A DNA stretch of 32,000 nt from Idiomarina loihiensis L2TR (GCF_000008465.1 NC_006512.1:360001-392000); one strand, 5' to 3'; shown: positions 1-11,726, counted from the stretch's first letter. The notes: generated by a model from the letters alone, not told the origin. Numbers and translations are program-made.

Positions 1-1988
1 CAGATGGCTCAATCATCGAAACGCCAATCGTTGCTAACTTCCGTGAAGGTCTGAACGTACTTCAGTACTTCATCTCGACGCACGGTGCTCGTAAAGGTTT
101 GGCCGATACAGCATTGAAAACAGCGAACTCAGGTTACCTGACTCGTCGTTTGGTAGACGTTTCACAAGACGTTGTGATCATGGAAGAAGACTGTGGCACA
201 TACGAAGGTCTTTACATGAAGCCGCTGATTGAAGGTGGTGACGTTGTAGAACCGCTGCGTGAACGTGTATTGGGTCGTGTTCTTTGTGAGCCGGTAATGA
301 AACCTGGCAGCGAAGAAGAGCTACTTCCGCGTAATACATTGCTTGATGAAAAAATGTGTGACGTATTGGAAGAGAATTCTATCGACGAAGTTAAAGTTCG
401 CTCGGTTATTACTTGTGATACAGACTTTGGTGTTTGTGCACACTGTTATGGTCGTGACCTGGCTCGCGGACATATGGTTAACCAGGGTGAAGCGGTTGGT
501 GTTATAGCAGCACAGTCAATCGGTGAACCGGGTACACAGTTAACCATGCGTACCTTCCACATCGGTGGTGCGGCATCTCGTGCAACAGCTGAAAACAATA
601 TCCAGGTGAAAAACCCGGGTACAATCAAGCTGCATAACGCTAAATGGGTTGTGAACAGCGATAAAGCACACGTTATTACGTCACGTTCTACAGAGTTAAC
701 TCTGACTGATGAATACGGTCGTGAGCGCGAGCGTTACAAAGTACCTTATGGTGCGGTCTTGAAAAAAGGTGAAGGCGACTCAGTAGATGGCGGCGAAACC
801 GTTGCTAACTGGGACCCGCACACTCACCCAATCATTACCGAGGTAGAAGGTCGTATCAAGTTTGTTGATTTAATTGATGGTGTCACCATGACTCGTCAAA
901 CCGATGAACTGACAGGCCTTTCAAGCATTGTTGTACTGGAAACAGGTCAGCGCACCAGTGCCGGTAAAGACATGCGTCCAATGGTGAAATTGGTTGATGG
1001 TAAAGGTAACGACGTTAATATCGCCGGTACAGATATCCCTGCGCAATACTTCTTGCCAGGTAACGCTATCATTAACCTGGAAGATAATTCTGAGGTTAAA
1101 ATTGGTGACACCTTAGCGCGTATTCCTCAGGAAGGCTCTAAGACTCGTGATATTACCGGTGGTCTGCCACGTGTTGCTGACTTGTTCGAAGCGCGTAAGC
1201 CAAAAGAACCAGCGATTCTTGCAGAGAAAACCGGTACGGTTTCCTTCGGTAAAGAAACCAAAGGTAAACGTCGCCTATTGATTACCCCAACAGATGGTGG
1301 TGATCAGCACGAAGAGATGATTCCGAAATGGCGTCAACTGAACGTGTTTGAAGGTGAACAAGTGACTAAAGGTGAAGTTATTGCCGATGGTCCAGAAGCA
1401 CCGCACGACATTTTACGCTTACGTGGCGTTAGTGCAGTTGCTAACTATATCGTTAACGAAGTGCAGGAAGTTTACCGTCTGCAGGGTGTTAAAATTAACG
1501 ATAAGCACATTGAAACTATTGTTCGTCAGATGTTGCGTAAGGCGCTTATTTTACGCGCCGGTGATACGAACTTGCTGGAAGGCGAGATGGTTGAAATGTC
1601 AGAGGTGTTAGCAGCTAACGCGAAAGCGGAAGCGGATGGTAAGAAACCAGCAATATTTGAACGTCAGTTGCTGGGTATTACTAAGGCATCGTTGTCGACT
1701 GAATCCTTTATTTCAGCGGCTTCGTTCCAGGAAACAACGCGAGTTCTTACCGAAGCAGCAGTTGGTGGTAAGAAAGACAGCTTACGTGGACTGAAAGAAA
1801 ACGTAATTGTTGGTCGTCTGATTCCTGCAGGTACAGGTTACTCATATCACAAAGAGCGCATGCAGCGTCGACTGGATGAACTGAATGTTGATATCGAGCC
1901 AACTATGACTGCAGAGCAGGCTGAGCAACAACTTGCGGATGCCTTAAATGCTGGAAATAGTTCTGCAGGTGATGATTCTGCAGAATAA
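1..1988 (+). CDS. rpoC: RNA polymerase beta-prime subunit, C-terminal part (5'-truncated by window edge; in frame from nt 3)
   Basis: The frame is open from nt 3 ([53 protein letters not shown]...). This is highly conserved RpoC sequence through the trigger-loop and C-terminal regions. Stop TAA at 1986-1988. Sits directly upstream of rpsL. Confidence 0.97.
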   Translation, partial: DGSIIETPIVANFREGLNVLQYFISTHGARKGLADTALKTANSGYLTRRLVDVSQDVVIMEEDCGTYEGLYMKPLIEGGDVVEPLRERVLGRVLCEPVMKPGSEEELLPRNTLLDEKMCDVLEENSIDEVKVRSVITCDTDFGVCAHCYGRDLARGHMVNQGEAVGVIAAQSIGEPGTQLTMRTFHIGGAASRATAENNIQVKNPGTIKLHNAKWVVNSDKAHVITSRSTELTLTDEYGRERERYKVPYGAVLKKGEGDSVDGGETVANWDPHTHPIITEVEGRIKFVDLIDGVTMTRQTDELTGLSSIVVLETGQRTSAGKDMRPMVKLVDGKGNDVNIAGTDIPAQYFLPGNAIINLEDNSEVKIGDTLARIPQEGSKTRDITGGLPRVADLFEARKPKEPAILAEKTGTVSFGKETKGKRRLLITPTDGGDQHEEMIPKWRQLNVFEGEQVTKGEVIADGPEAPHDILRLRGVSAVANYIVNEVQEVYRLQGVKINDKHIETIVRQMLRKALILRAGDTNLLEGEMVEMSEVLAANAKAEADGKKPAIFERQLLGITKASLSTESFISAASFQETTRVLTEAAVGGKKDSLRGLKENVIVGRLIPAGTGYSYHKERMQRRLDELNVDIEPTMTAEQAEQQLADALNAGNSSAGDDSAE

Positions 1989-2016
1989 TTAGCGAACGTT
2001 TTTAACGTTCGTGTAC

Positions 2017-2052
2017 AGAAGCCGGTACTGTAAAAGTGCCGGCTTCTTTTGT
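2017..2052 (+). terminator. Rho-independent terminator after rpoC
   Basis: Stem AGAAGCCGGTAC (2017-2028) pairs with GTGCCGGCTTCT (2036-2047), with one G-U pair, and is followed by TTTT. An 8-bp hairpin CGAACGTT/AACGTTCG (1993-2011) lies just upstream. Confidence 0.7.
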
Positions 2053-2058
2053 ATAGCC

Positions 2059-2087
2059 TTGACAGGCGAAAATATGACCATTAGAAT
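2059..2087 (+). promoter_or_regulatory. sigma70 promoter of the str operon (rpsL)
   Basis: Perfect -35 TTGACA (2059-2064), 17-nt spacer, -10 TAGAAT (2082-2087). Lies about 105 nt upstream of the rpsL ATG. Confidence 0.75.
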
Positions 2088-2194
2088 TTCCGCTCCCGAA
2101 TTTCGGGATCTGACTTTCAGTGGTCAGAAAAAAGCGATTTTTCACGCTCTATACACGTGGTAAAAAGCGACATCAACTAAACTAGGAGTAATGA

Positions 2195-2569
2195 ATGGCA
2201 ACAGTTAACCAGCTGGTGCGTAAAGGCCGTCAAAAGCCCGTTGTGAAAAGCAACGTTCCGGCTCTTGAAGCGTGCCCTCAAAAACGCGGTGTATGTACCC
2301 GTGTTTACACAACTACGCCAAAGAAACCGAACTCTGCAATGCGTAAAGTTTGCCGTGTTCGTTTAACTAACGGTTACGAAGTTTCTTCGTACATCGGTGG
2401 CGAAGGTCACAACTTACAAGAACACTCAGTCGTACTAATTCGTGGCGGTCGTGTAAAAGACTTGCCAGGTGTGCGTTATCACACAGTACGCGGAGCACTT
2501 GACTGCTCAGGTGTTAATGACCGTAGACAAGGTCGTTCTAAGTACGGCGCAAAACGGCCTAAATCTTAA
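2195..2569 (+). CDS. rpsL: 30S ribosomal protein S12
   Basis: [12 protein letters not shown]...[19 protein letters not shown] is canonical S12 sequence. AGGAG Shine-Dalgarno 6 nt upstream of the ATG. Confidence 0.98.
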   Translation: MATVNQLVRKGRQKPVVKSNVPALEACPQKRGVCTRVYTTTPKKPNSAMRKVCRVRLTNGYEVSSYIGGEGHNLQEHSVVLIRGGRVKDLPGVRYHTVRGALDCSGVNDRRQGRSKYGAKRPKS

Positions 2570-2641
2570 CGGTTCTCCGTTAGTAAGGCCAAACTGTCGT
2601 ACGTTTTGGGTAAAACCCTGAATTAATCGGAGAATATTGAG
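2570..2641 (+). promoter_or_regulatory. rpsL-rpsG intercistronic region, possible S7 autoregulatory site
   Basis: 72-nt untranslated spacer at the position where E. coli S7 binds str mRNA to repress translation. Assigned by position only; I could not verify any structure conservation. Confidence 0.25.
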
Positions 2642-3112
2642 ATGCCAAGAAGACGCGTCATAGGTCAACGTAAAATCCTTCCAGATCCTAAGTTCGGATC
2701 AGAATTGTTGGCCAAATTTATCAATGTCGTCATGGTTGACGGCAAAAAAGCAGTCGCTGAAAAAATTATTTACGGTGCATTGGACATCCTGGCAGAGAAG
2801 TCAGGTAAAGATCGCCTGGAAGTCTTTGATACAATACTAGATAACATCCGCCCAATGGTTGAGGTTAAATCTCGTCGTGTTGGTGGTTCAACGTATCAGG
2901 TTCCGGTTGAAGTTCGTCCGGTACGCCGTAACGCACTGGCTATGCGCTGGTTAGTTGATGCAGCGCGCACCCGTGGTGAAAAATCAATGTCGCAGCGTCT
3001 GGCAGCTGAAATGCTAGATGCATCAGAGAACAAAGGGTCGGCTGTGAAGAAACGTGAAGACGTTCACCGCATGGCTGAAGCAAACAAAGCGTTTGCTCAC
3101 TATCGCTGGTAA
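2642..3112 (+). CDS. rpsG: 30S ribosomal protein S7
   Basis: [36 protein letters not shown] is canonical S7 sequence. 156 aa. GGAG Shine-Dalgarno upstream. Confidence 0.98.
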   Translation: MPRRRVIGQRKILPDPKFGSELLAKFINVVMVDGKKAVAEKIIYGALDILAEKSGKDRLEVFDTILDNIRPMVEVKSRRVGGSTYQVPVEVRPVRRNALAMRWLVDAARTRGEKSMSQRLAAEMLDASENKGSAVKKREDVHRMAEANKAFAHYRW

Positions 3113-3140
3113 TTCGCAGTTAACCTAGAAGGAGTTTATT

Positions 3141-5264
3141 GTGGCTCGTAAAACTTCCATAGAGCGCTATCGTAATATCGGTATTTGTGCTCACGTAGAC
3201 GCCGGTAAAACAACCACAACTGAACGTGTGTTGTTTTATACTGGTTTGTCTCACAAAATTGGTGAGGTGCACGATGGTGCAGCCACCATGGATTGGATGG
3301 AACAAGAACAAGAGCGTGGTATTACTATCACGTCAGCAGCTACCACCTGTTTCTGGCAGGGTATGGACAAGCAATTCCCTGAGCATCGTGTAAACATCAT
3401 CGATACTCCTGGACACGTTGACTTCACCATCGAAGTTGAACGTTCTTTGCGTGTTCTTGACGGCGCTGTTGTTGTACTTTGTGCATCATCTGGTGTCCAG
3501 CCTCAGACTGAAACCGTTTGGCGTCAGGCAAACAAATATGAAGTTCCTCGCATGGTATTCGTCAACAAGATGGACCGTGCAGGCGCAGACTTCTTATCTG
3601 TTGTACACCAAATGAAAACGCGTTTGGCAGCTCAGGCTGTTCCAATGCAGCTACCAGTAGGCGCAGAAGACAACTTCCGCGGCGTTGTGGACTTAGTTAA
3701 AATGAAGTTCATCAACTGGAGCGAAGAAGACATGGGTACTTCATTCACTTATGAAGATATCCCTGCTGACATGGTTGATGAATGCGAAAAATATCATGGT
3801 GAGTTGGTAGAAGCTGCGGCTGAAGCTAACGAAGAGTTGATGAACAAATACCTTGAGGAAGGTGAGTTAACAGAAGCGGAAATCAAGCAAGGCTTGCGTA
3901 TCCGTACTCTGGCTAACGACATCTGCTTAGTTGCTTGTGGTTCTGCGTTCAAAAACAAAGGTGTTCAGGCTGTGCTTGACGCTGTTATTGAATACTTGCC
4001 ATCACCAACAGAAGTTAAGCCTATCACTGGTATTTTGGATGATGAATCTGAAGGCGTACGTAAGTCGTCTGACGAAGAACCATTCTCAGCTCTGGCATTT
4101 AAAATTGCGACTGACCCATTTGTTGGTACCTTGACGTTCGTTCGCGTTTACTCTGGTGTATTGAACCAGGGCGACGGTGTTGTTAACCCAGTTAAGAACA
4201 AAAAAGAACGCGTTGGCCGTATGGTACAAATGCACTCAAACAGCCGTGAAGAGATCAAAGAAGTTCGCGCTGGTGACATCGCGGCACTGATTGGTCTTAA
4301 AGACGTTACTACAGGTGACACGCTGTGTGATCCAGCTCATAAAATCACACTTGAGCGTATGGAATTCCCTGAACCGGTTATCTCGGTTGCAGTAGAGCCG
4401 AAAACTAAAGCTGACCAGGAAAAAATGGGTATTGCTTTAGGTAAATTGGCTGCAGAAGATCCATCGTTCCGTGTTAAGACTGACGAAGAATCTGGCCAGA
4501 CAATCATCTCTGGTATGGGTGAACTTCACCTGGACATCATCGTTGACCGTATGAAGCGTGAATTCAAGGTTGAATGTAACGTAGGTCAGCCTCAGGTTGC
4601 TTATCGTGAAGCTATTCGCGACGCGGTAGAAATCGAAGGCAAATTCGTACGTCAATCAGGTGGTCGTGGTCAGTTTGGTCATGTATGGCTGAAACTTGAG
4701 CCTATGACTATTGAAGAAGACGCGAATGGCGATGACATTACTTACAAATTCGTAAACGAAATTGTTGGTGGTGTTGTACCGAAAGAGTACATCCCGGCAG
4801 TAGACAAGGGTATCCAAGAACAGATGCAACAAGGCGTCTTGGCTGGCTATCCGGTATTGGGTGTTAAAGCGACTCTGTATGATGGTTCATACCACGATGT
4901 CGACTCTTCTGAAATGGCATTTAAAATTGCTGGTAGCATGGCCTTCAAGAAAGGTGCATTAAAAGCTAACCCAGCGCTTTTAGAGCCAATGATGAAAGTT
5001 GAAGTTATCACTCCTGAAGAATCTATGGGTGATGTCGTCGGTGACTTAAACCGTCGTCGCGGTCTTATTGAAGGTATGGAAGAAGCTCCGGGTGGCTTGA
5101 AAGCGGTTAATGCTCAAGTGCCACTGTCTGAGATGTTCGGTTATGCGACAGACTTGCGTTCACAAACGCAGGGTCGTGCATCGTACTCTATGGAGTTCCT
5201 GAAGTACGCTGAAGCACCAAACAACATTGCTGAAAAAGTAATGGCTGAGCGTAACGCTAAATAA
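3141..5264 (+). CDS. fusA: Elongation factor G (GTG start)
   Basis: G1 motif [24 protein letters not shown] and full-length EF-G domains. AAGGAG lies 6 nt upstream of the GTG. In str operon position. Confidence 0.98.
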   Translation: MARKTSIERYRNIGICAHVDAGKTTTTERVLFYTGLSHKIGEVHDGAATMDWMEQEQERGITITSAATTCFWQGMDKQFPEHRVNIIDTPGHVDFTIEVERSLRVLDGAVVVLCASSGVQPQTETVWRQANKYEVPRMVFVNKMDRAGADFLSVVHQMKTRLAAQAVPMQLPVGAEDNFRGVVDLVKMKFINWSEEDMGTSFTYEDIPADMVDECEKYHGELVEAAAEANEELMNKYLEEGELTEAEIKQGLRIRTLANDICLVACGSAFKNKGVQAVLDAVIEYLPSPTEVKPITGILDDESEGVRKSSDEEPFSALAFKIATDPFVGTLTFVRVYSGVLNQGDGVVNPVKNKKERVGRMVQMHSNSREEIKEVRAGDIAALIGLKDVTTGDTLCDPAHKITLERMEFPEPVISVAVEPKTKADQEKMGIALGKLAAEDPSFRVKTDEESGQTIISGMGELHLDIIVDRMKREFKVECNVGQPQVAYREAIRDAVEIEGKFVRQSGGRGQFGHVWLKLEPMTIEEDANGDDITYKFVNEIVGGVVPKEYIPAVDKGIQEQMQQGVLAGYPVLGVKATLYDGSYHDVDSSEMAFKIAGSMAFKKGALKANPALLEPMMKVEVITPEESMGDVVGDLNRRRGLIEGMEEAPGGLKAVNAQVPLSEMFGYATDLRSQTQGRASYSMEFLKYAEAPNNIAEKVMAERNAK

Positions 5265-5274
5265 GTAAGGTCTG

Positions 5275-5301
5275 GTCCGGTTCTTTCGAGGCCGGGCTTT
5301 T
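5275..5301 (+). terminator. Weak hairpin/attenuator between fusA and tuf
   Basis: 6-bp stem GTCCGG/CCGGGC (one G-U pair), 11-nt loop, then TTTT. Too weak to be a full terminator. Confidence 0.3.
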
Positions 5302-5323
5302 AACTTAAGTTTGAGGATATATC

Positions 5324-6508
5324 ATGTCTAAAGAAAAATTTGAACGTTCGAAGCCGCACGTAAACGTCGGCACCATCGGTCACGTTGACCACGGTAAAAC
5401 AACACTAACTGCTGCTATCACAACTGTTTTGGCAAAAGTTTATGGTGGTGCGGCGAAAGACTTCGCAGCCATCGATAACGCGCCAGAAGAGAAAGAGCGT
5501 GGTATTACCATTTCAACGTCACACGTTGAATATGACACACCAACTCGTCACTACGCACACGTAGACTGCCCAGGGCACGCTGACTATGTTAAAAACATGA
5601 TCACCGGTGCGGCGCAGATGGACGGCGCAATCTTAGTTGTAGCGGCAACAGACGGCCCAATGCCACAGACTCGTGAGCACATCCTGCTTTCACGTCAGGT
5701 AGGCGTACCATTCATCGTTGTATTCATGAACAAATGTGACATGGTCGACGACGAAGAGCTGTTAGAGCTGGTAGAAATGGAAGTTCGTGAACTGTTGTCA
5801 GAATATGACTTCCCGGGCGACGACCTGCCAGTAATTCAAGGCTCTGCACTGAAAGCGCTGGAAGGCGACGAAGAGTGGAGTAAGAAAATTGTTGAGCTGG
5901 CTGACGCACTGGATAACTACATCCCAGAGCCAGAGCGTGACATCGATAAGCCGTTCATCATGCCAATCGAAGACGTATTCTCGATTTCAGGTCGTGGTAC
6001 GGTAGTAACAGGTCGTGTAGAGCGCGGTATCGTGCGTACAGGCGACGAGTGTGAAATCGTTGGTATGAAAGACACCACGAAGACCACAGTTACTGGTGTT
6101 GAGATGTTCCGTAAGCTGCTTGACGAAGGTCGTGCAGGTGAGAACATTGGTGCCTTGTTGCGTGGTACTAAGCGTGACGACGTAGAGCGTGGTCAGGTAC
6201 TGGCGAAGCCAGGTACAATTACTCCGCATACTAAGTTCGAAGCGGAAGTTTACGTACTGAGCAAAGACGAAGGTGGCCGTCATACGCCATTCTTTAAAGG
6301 TTACCGTCCACAGTTCTACTTCCGTACAACGGACGTTACTGGTGCCGTAGAATTGCCAGAAGGCGTAGAAATGGTCATGCCTGGTGATAACCTGAAATTC
6401 GTTGTTGATTTGATTGCTCCAATCGCAATGGACGAAGGTCTGCGTTTTGCTATCCGTGAGGGTGGCCGTACCGTAGGTGCAGGCGTTGTATCAAAAATCA
6501 TGGACTAA
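5324..6508 (+). CDS. tuf: Elongation factor Tu
   Basis: [22 protein letters not shown] and SALKALEG motifs. 394 aa. GAGGA Shine-Dalgarno upstream. Confidence 0.98.
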   Translation: MSKEKFERSKPHVNVGTIGHVDHGKTTLTAAITTVLAKVYGGAAKDFAAIDNAPEEKERGITISTSHVEYDTPTRHYAHVDCPGHADYVKNMITGAAQMDGAILVVAATDGPMPQTREHILLSRQVGVPFIVVFMNKCDMVDDEELLELVEMEVRELLSEYDFPGDDLPVIQGSALKALEGDEEWSKKIVELADALDNYIPEPERDIDKPFIMPIEDVFSISGRGTVVTGRVERGIVRTGDECEIVGMKDTTKTTVTGVEMFRKLLDEGRAGENIGALLRGTKRDDVERGQVLAKPGTITPHTKFEAEVYVLSKDEGGRHTPFFKGYRPQFYFRTTDVTGAVELPEGVEMVMPGDNLKFVVDLIAPIAMDEGLRFAIREGGRTVGAGVVSKIMD

Positions 6509-6528
6509 GCAGTCCGGTTGATTTTAAG

Positions 6529-6554
6529 AGCCCGGCTTTGGCCGGGCTTTTTTA
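6529..6554 (+). terminator. Rho-independent terminator of the str operon
   Basis: AGCCCGGC (6529-6536), loop TTTG, GCCGGGCT (6541-6548), then a T5 run. Confidence 0.8.
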
Positions 6555-6680
6555 TGCCTGCTGATAAGTTTTATTAAAAGAGCCTTATCAAAAGTAAGCG
6601 AAGGCTCGCTCAAGTATTGACATTTAAGTCCAAAAAATGAACTATTGAGAAAGATACTTAACTTATAGTCAGCCAATCAA

Positions 6681-7472
6681 TTGAAATTACTCAGATACTT
6701 TTCTGTGTTCGTTTTTATGGGACTAAGCTGTTCTGCTACAGCAAAAGTGCCGGTCTATGTTGCTGCCTACGATTATCCTCCCTATTTTTCCGCTGTACTG
6801 CAAACTGATCTCACCCGTGAATTGATCACCTTGTTGAACGAGCATCAGGACAGCTATGTGTTCCGCATTCAGGTCATTCCTCCAACAAACCGCCATAAAG
6901 CTCTGAGTACGAAAGGGTGCTGTGATGTTATATTTTTCGAGTCACCTCTTTGGGGTTGGAAAAAAAGTGGCGTAGGGTTTCAGGAAACAATCCCTTTAGT
7001 CAAAGGAAATGAGAGACTGGTGGCCTTGAAGAAAACAGGTAGAGATCAATCGTTTTTCGATACATTTGATGGCAAAACTTTAGGTGGGGTCAAGGGCTAT
7101 CATTATCTGTTAGGGGGCGAGCTGTTGGCTTCAGATGAAGTCGAGGAAAAGTATACGACGTATTTGGCAGACTCCAGAATGACAAATTTGCAGATGGTAC
7201 TAGGAGGTCGGATAGATCTTACTATTATCAATGATGAACTTCTGGCTGCTTTAAAAGGCTCAAATCAGATTAATGTGGGCAGTTTATTGTTGTCGGAAAA
7301 GGTTAGTCTGGAATACAAGCTGCACTTACTTGTTGGCGATAATAAGAATATCAGCGCAGATACCTTACAAAGGTTGCTGCGGGAGCTTGGCCGACAGGGG
7401 GAATTTGAAATACTCTTTAGACGGTTTAATATGGAACGGTTTCAGATATATCGTCCGACAACAACACGTTAA
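6681..7472 (+). CDS. Secreted periplasmic solute-binding-fold protein (family-3 SBP-like), orphan; TTG start
   Basis: N-terminal signal peptide MKLLRYFSVFVFMGLSCSATA|KVP, then a DYPPYF-type start and a length (263 aa) typical of type-3 substrate-binding domains. No permease or ATPase gene adjacent. No clear Shine-Dalgarno. The TTG start is inferred because the first ATG would cut off the signal peptide. Confidence 0.6.
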   Translation: MKLLRYFSVFVFMGLSCSATAKVPVYVAAYDYPPYFSAVLQTDLTRELITLLNEHQDSYVFRIQVIPPTNRHKALSTKGCCDVIFFESPLWGWKKSGVGFQETIPLVKGNERLVALKKTGRDQSFFDTFDGKTLGGVKGYHYLLGGELLASDEVEEKYTTYLADSRMTNLQMVLGGRIDLTIINDELLAALKGSNQINVGSLLLSEKVSLEYKLHLLVGDNKNISADTLQRLLRELGRQGEFEILFRRFNMERFQIYRPTTTR

Positions 7473-8425
7473 TAGACACTAAGCCCCAAACGGTTAGCTA
7501 GCTCGCGTACCATGTACATTCCACGGGCGCTGTTACCGTAGCTGTTTAATCTTGGGCTCCATGAGCAAATAACTCCAAAGTCAGGAACGACGGCAATCAT
7601 CCCGCCACCAACACCACTTTTAGCGGGAACACCTACGGTAAAAGCAAATTCGCCGCTTTGGTCGTACATACCGCTGGTTGATAGCAACGCATTAATGCGT
7701 TGAGAGTCTCGTTTCGACATAATTTTCTTTTTAGAAAAAGGACAAATTCCGTCATTTGCAAGAAACGTAAAAGAGCGAGCGAGATTTTCGCAGGACATGG
7801 TCAACGCACACTGCCAAAAGTAATGATCTAATAGTTCATCAACTTCAGCATCAATATTACCGAAGCTTTTCATTAGGTGAGCAAGGGCCGCATTGCGATG
7901 GCCATGCTCTTTTTCTGACTGGTGAACAATGTTATCGGCGTAAACGTTGTCGTTGCCGCATAAGGTGCGCACCAAACTCAAAACCGCATTTTTACTGGCA
8001 GAGTAGCGGCTAACGAGCACGTCGCTAACAACAATAGCTCCGGCATTTATCATAGGGTTGCGCGGAATGCCTTTTTCCCACTCTAGCTGCACTATAGAAT
8101 TAAAGGCCTGGCCTGAAGGCTCCATTTTAACTCTGTCCCACAAATCTTCTCCAAGGCGCTCCATTGCCAGCATAAGGCCAAAAATCTTCGAGATCGACTG
8201 GATAGAGAATTGCTCCTGGGTATCACCGACGTTAAATACCTCGCCGTCGAGGGTGGCCAGAGTGAGTCCGCAGAGCTCGGGGTCGACCTCTGCTAACGCC
8301 GGAATGTAATCAGCAACATGCCCCTCGGTGATCTTCATGGCCTGCTGATGAATCTCCTCCAGCAGGCTTTTGAGATCATCCGGGGCATGTATTTGCTGCC
8401 CGCCACTGACCAGATCACGCGTCAA
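7469..8425 (-). CDS. glsA: Glutaminase A (TTG start)
   Basis: ADYIPALA, the SISKIF (Ser-x-x-Lys) nucleophile motif, NPMINAGAI and PAKSGVGGGMIAVVP are hallmark serine-dependent glutaminase motifs. About 318 aa. The start overlaps the upstream thioesterase stop by 11 nt. Confidence 0.9.
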   Translation of the reverse strand: MTRDLVSGGQQIHAPDDLKSLLEEIHQQAMKITEGHVADYIPALAEVDPELCGLTLATLDGEVFNVGDTQEQFSIQSISKIFGLMLAMERLGEDLWDRVKMEPSGQAFNSIVQLEWEKGIPRNPMINAGAIVVSDVLVSRYSASKNAVLSLVRTLCGNDNVYADNIVHQSEKEHGHRNAALAHLMKSFGNIDAEVDELLDHYFWQCALTMSCENLARSFTFLANDGICPFSKKKIMSKRDSQRINALLSTSGMYDQSGEFAFTVGVPAKSGVGGGMIAVVPDFGVICSWSPRLNSYGNSARGMYMVRELANRLGLSVY

Positions 8426-8822
8426 GAGAATGCTCCGGATGCGTGATGGTGGACAGGCGGTCTTTTAATTGGTCAGATAGCTTCACAGAACGTTCCTGTT
8501 GAAAATCAAAGTACACCAATACCGTTTTACCTTTAGCGCACATTTTTTCTTTCTGCCAAATTTCGGTAGTGATATCAAACGAGCTGCCACCTAAGCGGCT
8601 GACGTAAGTATTCACCGTGACATGACCGCCAAAATAAATAGGTAAGAGGTAATCTACTTCCAGCCGCGCGACAATTAAGCTTTGTGTCTTCGGAGACATT
8701 TCTCCAAAGAACTCAAAAATAGGCAAACGTCCGGTTTCTATCCACCCCGGTATAACCGTGTTATTGACGTGCCCAAGGGCATCGGTTTCATAAAATCTTA
8801 CTTTAAAGTCTTCCGTTAACAT
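8415..8822 (-). CDS. Hotdog-fold acyl-CoA thioesterase (4HBT/YbgC-like)
   Basis: The N-terminal VRFYETDALGHVNNTV motif (catalytic Asp) and the 135-aa size are typical of YbgC/4HBT thioesterases. AAGGA Shine-Dalgarno 6 nt upstream. Only 12 nt downstream of the uvrA stop. Confidence 0.8.
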   Translation of the reverse strand: MLTEDFKVRFYETDALGHVNNTVIPGWIETGRLPIFEFFGEMSPKTQSLIVARLEVDYLLPIYFGGHVTVNTYVSRLGGSSFDITTEIWQKEKMCAKGKTVLVYFDFQQERSVKLSDQLKDRLSTITHPEHSLDA

Positions 8823-8834
8823 ATTGCGTCCTTT

Positions 8835-11660
8835 TTATGACAGCTTAAGCATAGGTTTTAAGAAACGGGCCGTGTGTGAGCGCTCATTTTCACAGATATC
8901 TTCTGGTGTACCTTCGCAAAGAATTTCACCACCGCCAGAACCACCTTCAGGACCTAAGTCGATGATCCAGTCAGCGGTTTTTATCACGTCTAAGTTGTGC
9001 TCAATAACCACTACCGTGTTGCCGTGGTCACGCAGACGATGAATCACCGCCAGCAATTGCTTAATGTCGTGGAAATGCAGACCGGTTGTCGGCTCGTCCA
9101 GAATGTATAAGGTTTTGCCAGTATCACGCTTGGACAACTCACGTGACAATTTGACCCGTTGCGCTTCACCACCAGAGAGTGTTGTCGCTGACTGGCCTAA
9201 CCGGACGTAAGACAAGCCCACATCCATTAAGGTTTGCAACTTGCGTGCAATAGCCGGAACCGGGTCGAAGAATTCACGAGCGTCTTCAATGGTCATATCC
9301 AGCACTTCGTGAATATTCTTGCCTTTGTACTGTACTTCCAGCGTTTCGCGATTATAGCGCTGACCTTTACAAATATCGCAAGGAACATAAACGTCCGGCA
9401 AGAAGTGCATCTCAACTTTAATAACTCCGTCGCCCTGACAAGCTTCACAACGACCGCCGCGTACGTTAAAGCTAAAGCGACCGGGTTTGTAACCGCGGGC
9501 TCGTGATTCAGGAACACCTGCGAACAGTTCGCGAATTGGCGTGAAAATACCGGTGTAAGTGGCTGGGTTGGAGCGCGGTGTACGGCCTATTGGGCTCTGG
9601 TCAATATCCACCACTTTATCCAGCAGCTGCATGCCATCGACACTTTTGTACGGAGCCGGTTCGCCCGTTGTCGCGCCATTAAGTTCACGATGCGCGATAT
9701 GGAACAGCGTATTGTTGACCAGCGTTGACTTACCTGAACCGGATACTCCAGTCACACAGGTCATAATACCTAATGGCAAATTGAAATCGACATTCTTCAG
9801 ATTGTTCCCGCTGGCTCCGTGAATGGTTAACCGGCGTTTATCTGGTTTGTGACGTTGCTTGGGAACTTCTATTTCTTTCCGGCCGGACAGGTAGTCGCCG
9901 GTTAGTGAATCTTCACTTCCGACAATATCTTCAACCTGACCCTGAGCAATGATTTCACCACCGTGTACGCCAGCACCAGGGCCAATATCAATAACGTGGT
10001 CGGCCTGACGAATTGCGTCTTCATCGTGTTCAACCACAATGACGGTATTACCCAAGTCACGCAGGTGAGTCAGAGTGTTTAACAGGCGTTCGTTGTCGCG
10101 CTGGTGTAAGCCAATACTGGGCTCATCCAGTACGTACATAACACCAACCAGACCCGCACCAATTTGGCTGGCCAGACGAATACGCTGCGCCTCACCACCA
10201 GACAAGGTCTCTGCGCTGCGGGACAAACTTAAATAGTTAAGTCCCACGTTAACTAAAAAGCGTAGACGGTCATTAATCTCTTTCAGAATTTTTTCCGCAA
10301 TTTGCGCGCGCTGACCTTCCAGACTCAGTTGCTGGAAGAACTCAAGTGCGTCGCCGATGGATTGCTCAACAACTTCCGGCAGGGTTGTGCCCTGAATAAA
10401 CACATGACGAGCTTCTGTACGCAGGCGCGTACCACTGCAGCTTTTACAGGGTTGCGTCGCTACGTATTTGGACAATTCGTCGCGCACAGCCTGTGATTCA
10501 GTCTCGCGGTAACGGCGCTGCATGTTAGGAATAATCCCCTCAAACGGATGCGCTCTGACAACCTTGTCGCCGCGGTCATTCATGTAAGTGAATTTTATTT
10601 CTTCCTTACCGCTGCCGAACAGAATCTTTTCGCGAATGTCGTCAGGCAATTCGTTGAACGGTTGCGACAATTTAAACTCGTAGTGCTTCGCCAGAGACTG
10701 CAGCATTTGATAGTAGTAGAAGTTGCGCTTGTCCCAGCCTCGAATTGCGCCGCCTGTCAGCGACAGCTCCGCATTAACAACAACTTTGGCCGGATCAAAA
10801 AACTGCTCAACACCCAGACCGTCACAAGTAGTACAGGCACCGGCCGGATTGTTGAATGAGAACAATCGTGGCTCCAGTTCCTGCATGCTGTAACCGCAAT
10901 GTGGGCAGGCAAAGTTAGCCGAGTACACTTCGGCATCACCGTCGCCGTCCATCGGTACGACTAAAGCCGTTCCGCCACTGAGTTCCAGTGCGGTCTCAAA
11001 AGATTCCGCCAGGCGCTGCTCCATGCCGTCGCGAACTTTAAAGCGGTCAACGACCACTTCAATGGTGTGCTTTTTCTGCAGCTCTAACGTGGGCGGATCG
11101 CTTAAATCGCAAATTTCACCGTCTATACGGGCGCGGATATAACCCTGCAAGGCGAGGTTTTCTAACACTTTTAAGTGCTCGCCTTTACGGTTCTGAATAA
11201 TGGGCGCAAGCAACATGCGCTTTTCGCCTTCAGGAGCCGACAGCACGTTGTCGACCATTTGCGATACGGTTTGCGCCGCCAGCGGCACGTCGTGAGTCGG
11301 GCAACGGGGCTCGCCCACGCGGGCAAACATCAGGCGTAAATAGTCGTATATTTCCGTGATGGTACCGACCGTGGAACGCGGATTATGCGACGTTGACTTC
11401 TGCTCTATTGATATAGCCGGCGACAAACCCTCGATACTGTCAACATCAGGCTTTTCCATCAGCGACAAAAACTGACGTGCATAGGCGGACAGCGACTCAA
11501 CGTAGCGTCTCTGCCCCTCTGCATATAGGGTATCGAAAGCAAGTGATGACTTACCCGAACCGGATAAGCCGGTTATCACAATCAGCTTATTGCGGGGGAT
11601 GGTCAGATTGAAATTTTTTAAGTTGTGCGTGCGCGCACCGCGTACTTCGATAGTATCCAT
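8835..11660 (-). CDS. uvrA: Excinuclease ABC subunit A
   Basis: Two ABC modules ([12 protein letters not shown] and [11 protein letters not shown] Walker A; LSGGEAQR signatures) and zinc modules ([15 protein letters not shown]). 941 aa. Confidence 0.98.
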   Translation of the reverse strand: MDTIEVRGARTHNLKNFNLTIPRNKLIVITGLSGSGKSSLAFDTLYAEGQRRYVESLSAYARQFLSLMEKPDVDSIEGLSPAISIEQKSTSHNPRSTVGTITEIYDYLRLMFARVGEPRCPTHDVPLAAQTVSQMVDNVLSAPEGEKRMLLAPIIQNRKGEHLKVLENLALQGYIRARIDGEICDLSDPPTLELQKKHTIEVVVDRFKVRDGMEQRLAESFETALELSGGTALVVPMDGDGDAEVYSANFACPHCGYSMQELEPRLFSFNNPAGACTTCDGLGVEQFFDPAKVVVNAELSLTGGAIRGWDKRNFYYYQMLQSLAKHYEFKLSQPFNELPDDIREKILFGSGKEEIKFTYMNDRGDKVVRAHPFEGIIPNMQRRYRETESQAVRDELSKYVATQPCKSCSGTRLRTEARHVFIQGTTLPEVVEQSIGDALEFFQQLSLEGQRAQIAEKILKEINDRLRFLVNVGLNYLSLSRSAETLSGGEAQRIRLASQIGAGLVGVMYVLDEPSIGLHQRDNERLLNTLTHLRDLGNTVIVVEHDEDAIRQADHVIDIGPGAGVHGGEIIAQGQVEDIVGSEDSLTGDYLSGRKEIEVPKQRHKPDKRRLTIHGASGNNLKNVDFNLPLGIMTCVTGVSGSGKSTLVNNTLFHIAHRELNGATTGEPAPYKSVDGMQLLDKVVDIDQSPIGRTPRSNPATYTGIFTPIRELFAGVPESRARGYKPGRFSFNVRGGRCEACQGDGVIKVEMHFLPDVYVPCDICKGQRYNRETLEVQYKGKNIHEVLDMTIEDAREFFDPVPAIARKLQTLMDVGLSYVRLGQSATTLSGGEAQRVKLSRELSKRDTGKTLYILDEPTTGLHFHDIKQLLAVIHRLRDHGNTVVVIEHNLDVIKTADWIIDLGPEGGSGGGEILCEGTPEDICENERSHTARFLKPMLKLS

Positions 11661-11726
11661 AATTCCCGTCTGTTGTTCAGTAAATGACTGACGACAAAAC
11701 GCTATTATCGCACAGTGTTAGGCATC

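Noticed and set aside
6580-6607. Hairpin GAGCCTT...AAGGCTC downstream of the tuf terminator.
   Set aside because: Only a 7-bp stem with a 14-nt loop and no T-run. This is within chance expectation for an AT-rich intergenic region.
6617-6646. TTGACA at 6617-6622 as the -35 of a promoter for the orphan SBP-like gene.
   Set aside because: The hexamer 17 nt downstream (AACTAT) is a poor -10. It is plausible but unsupported, so it is not listed as a feature.
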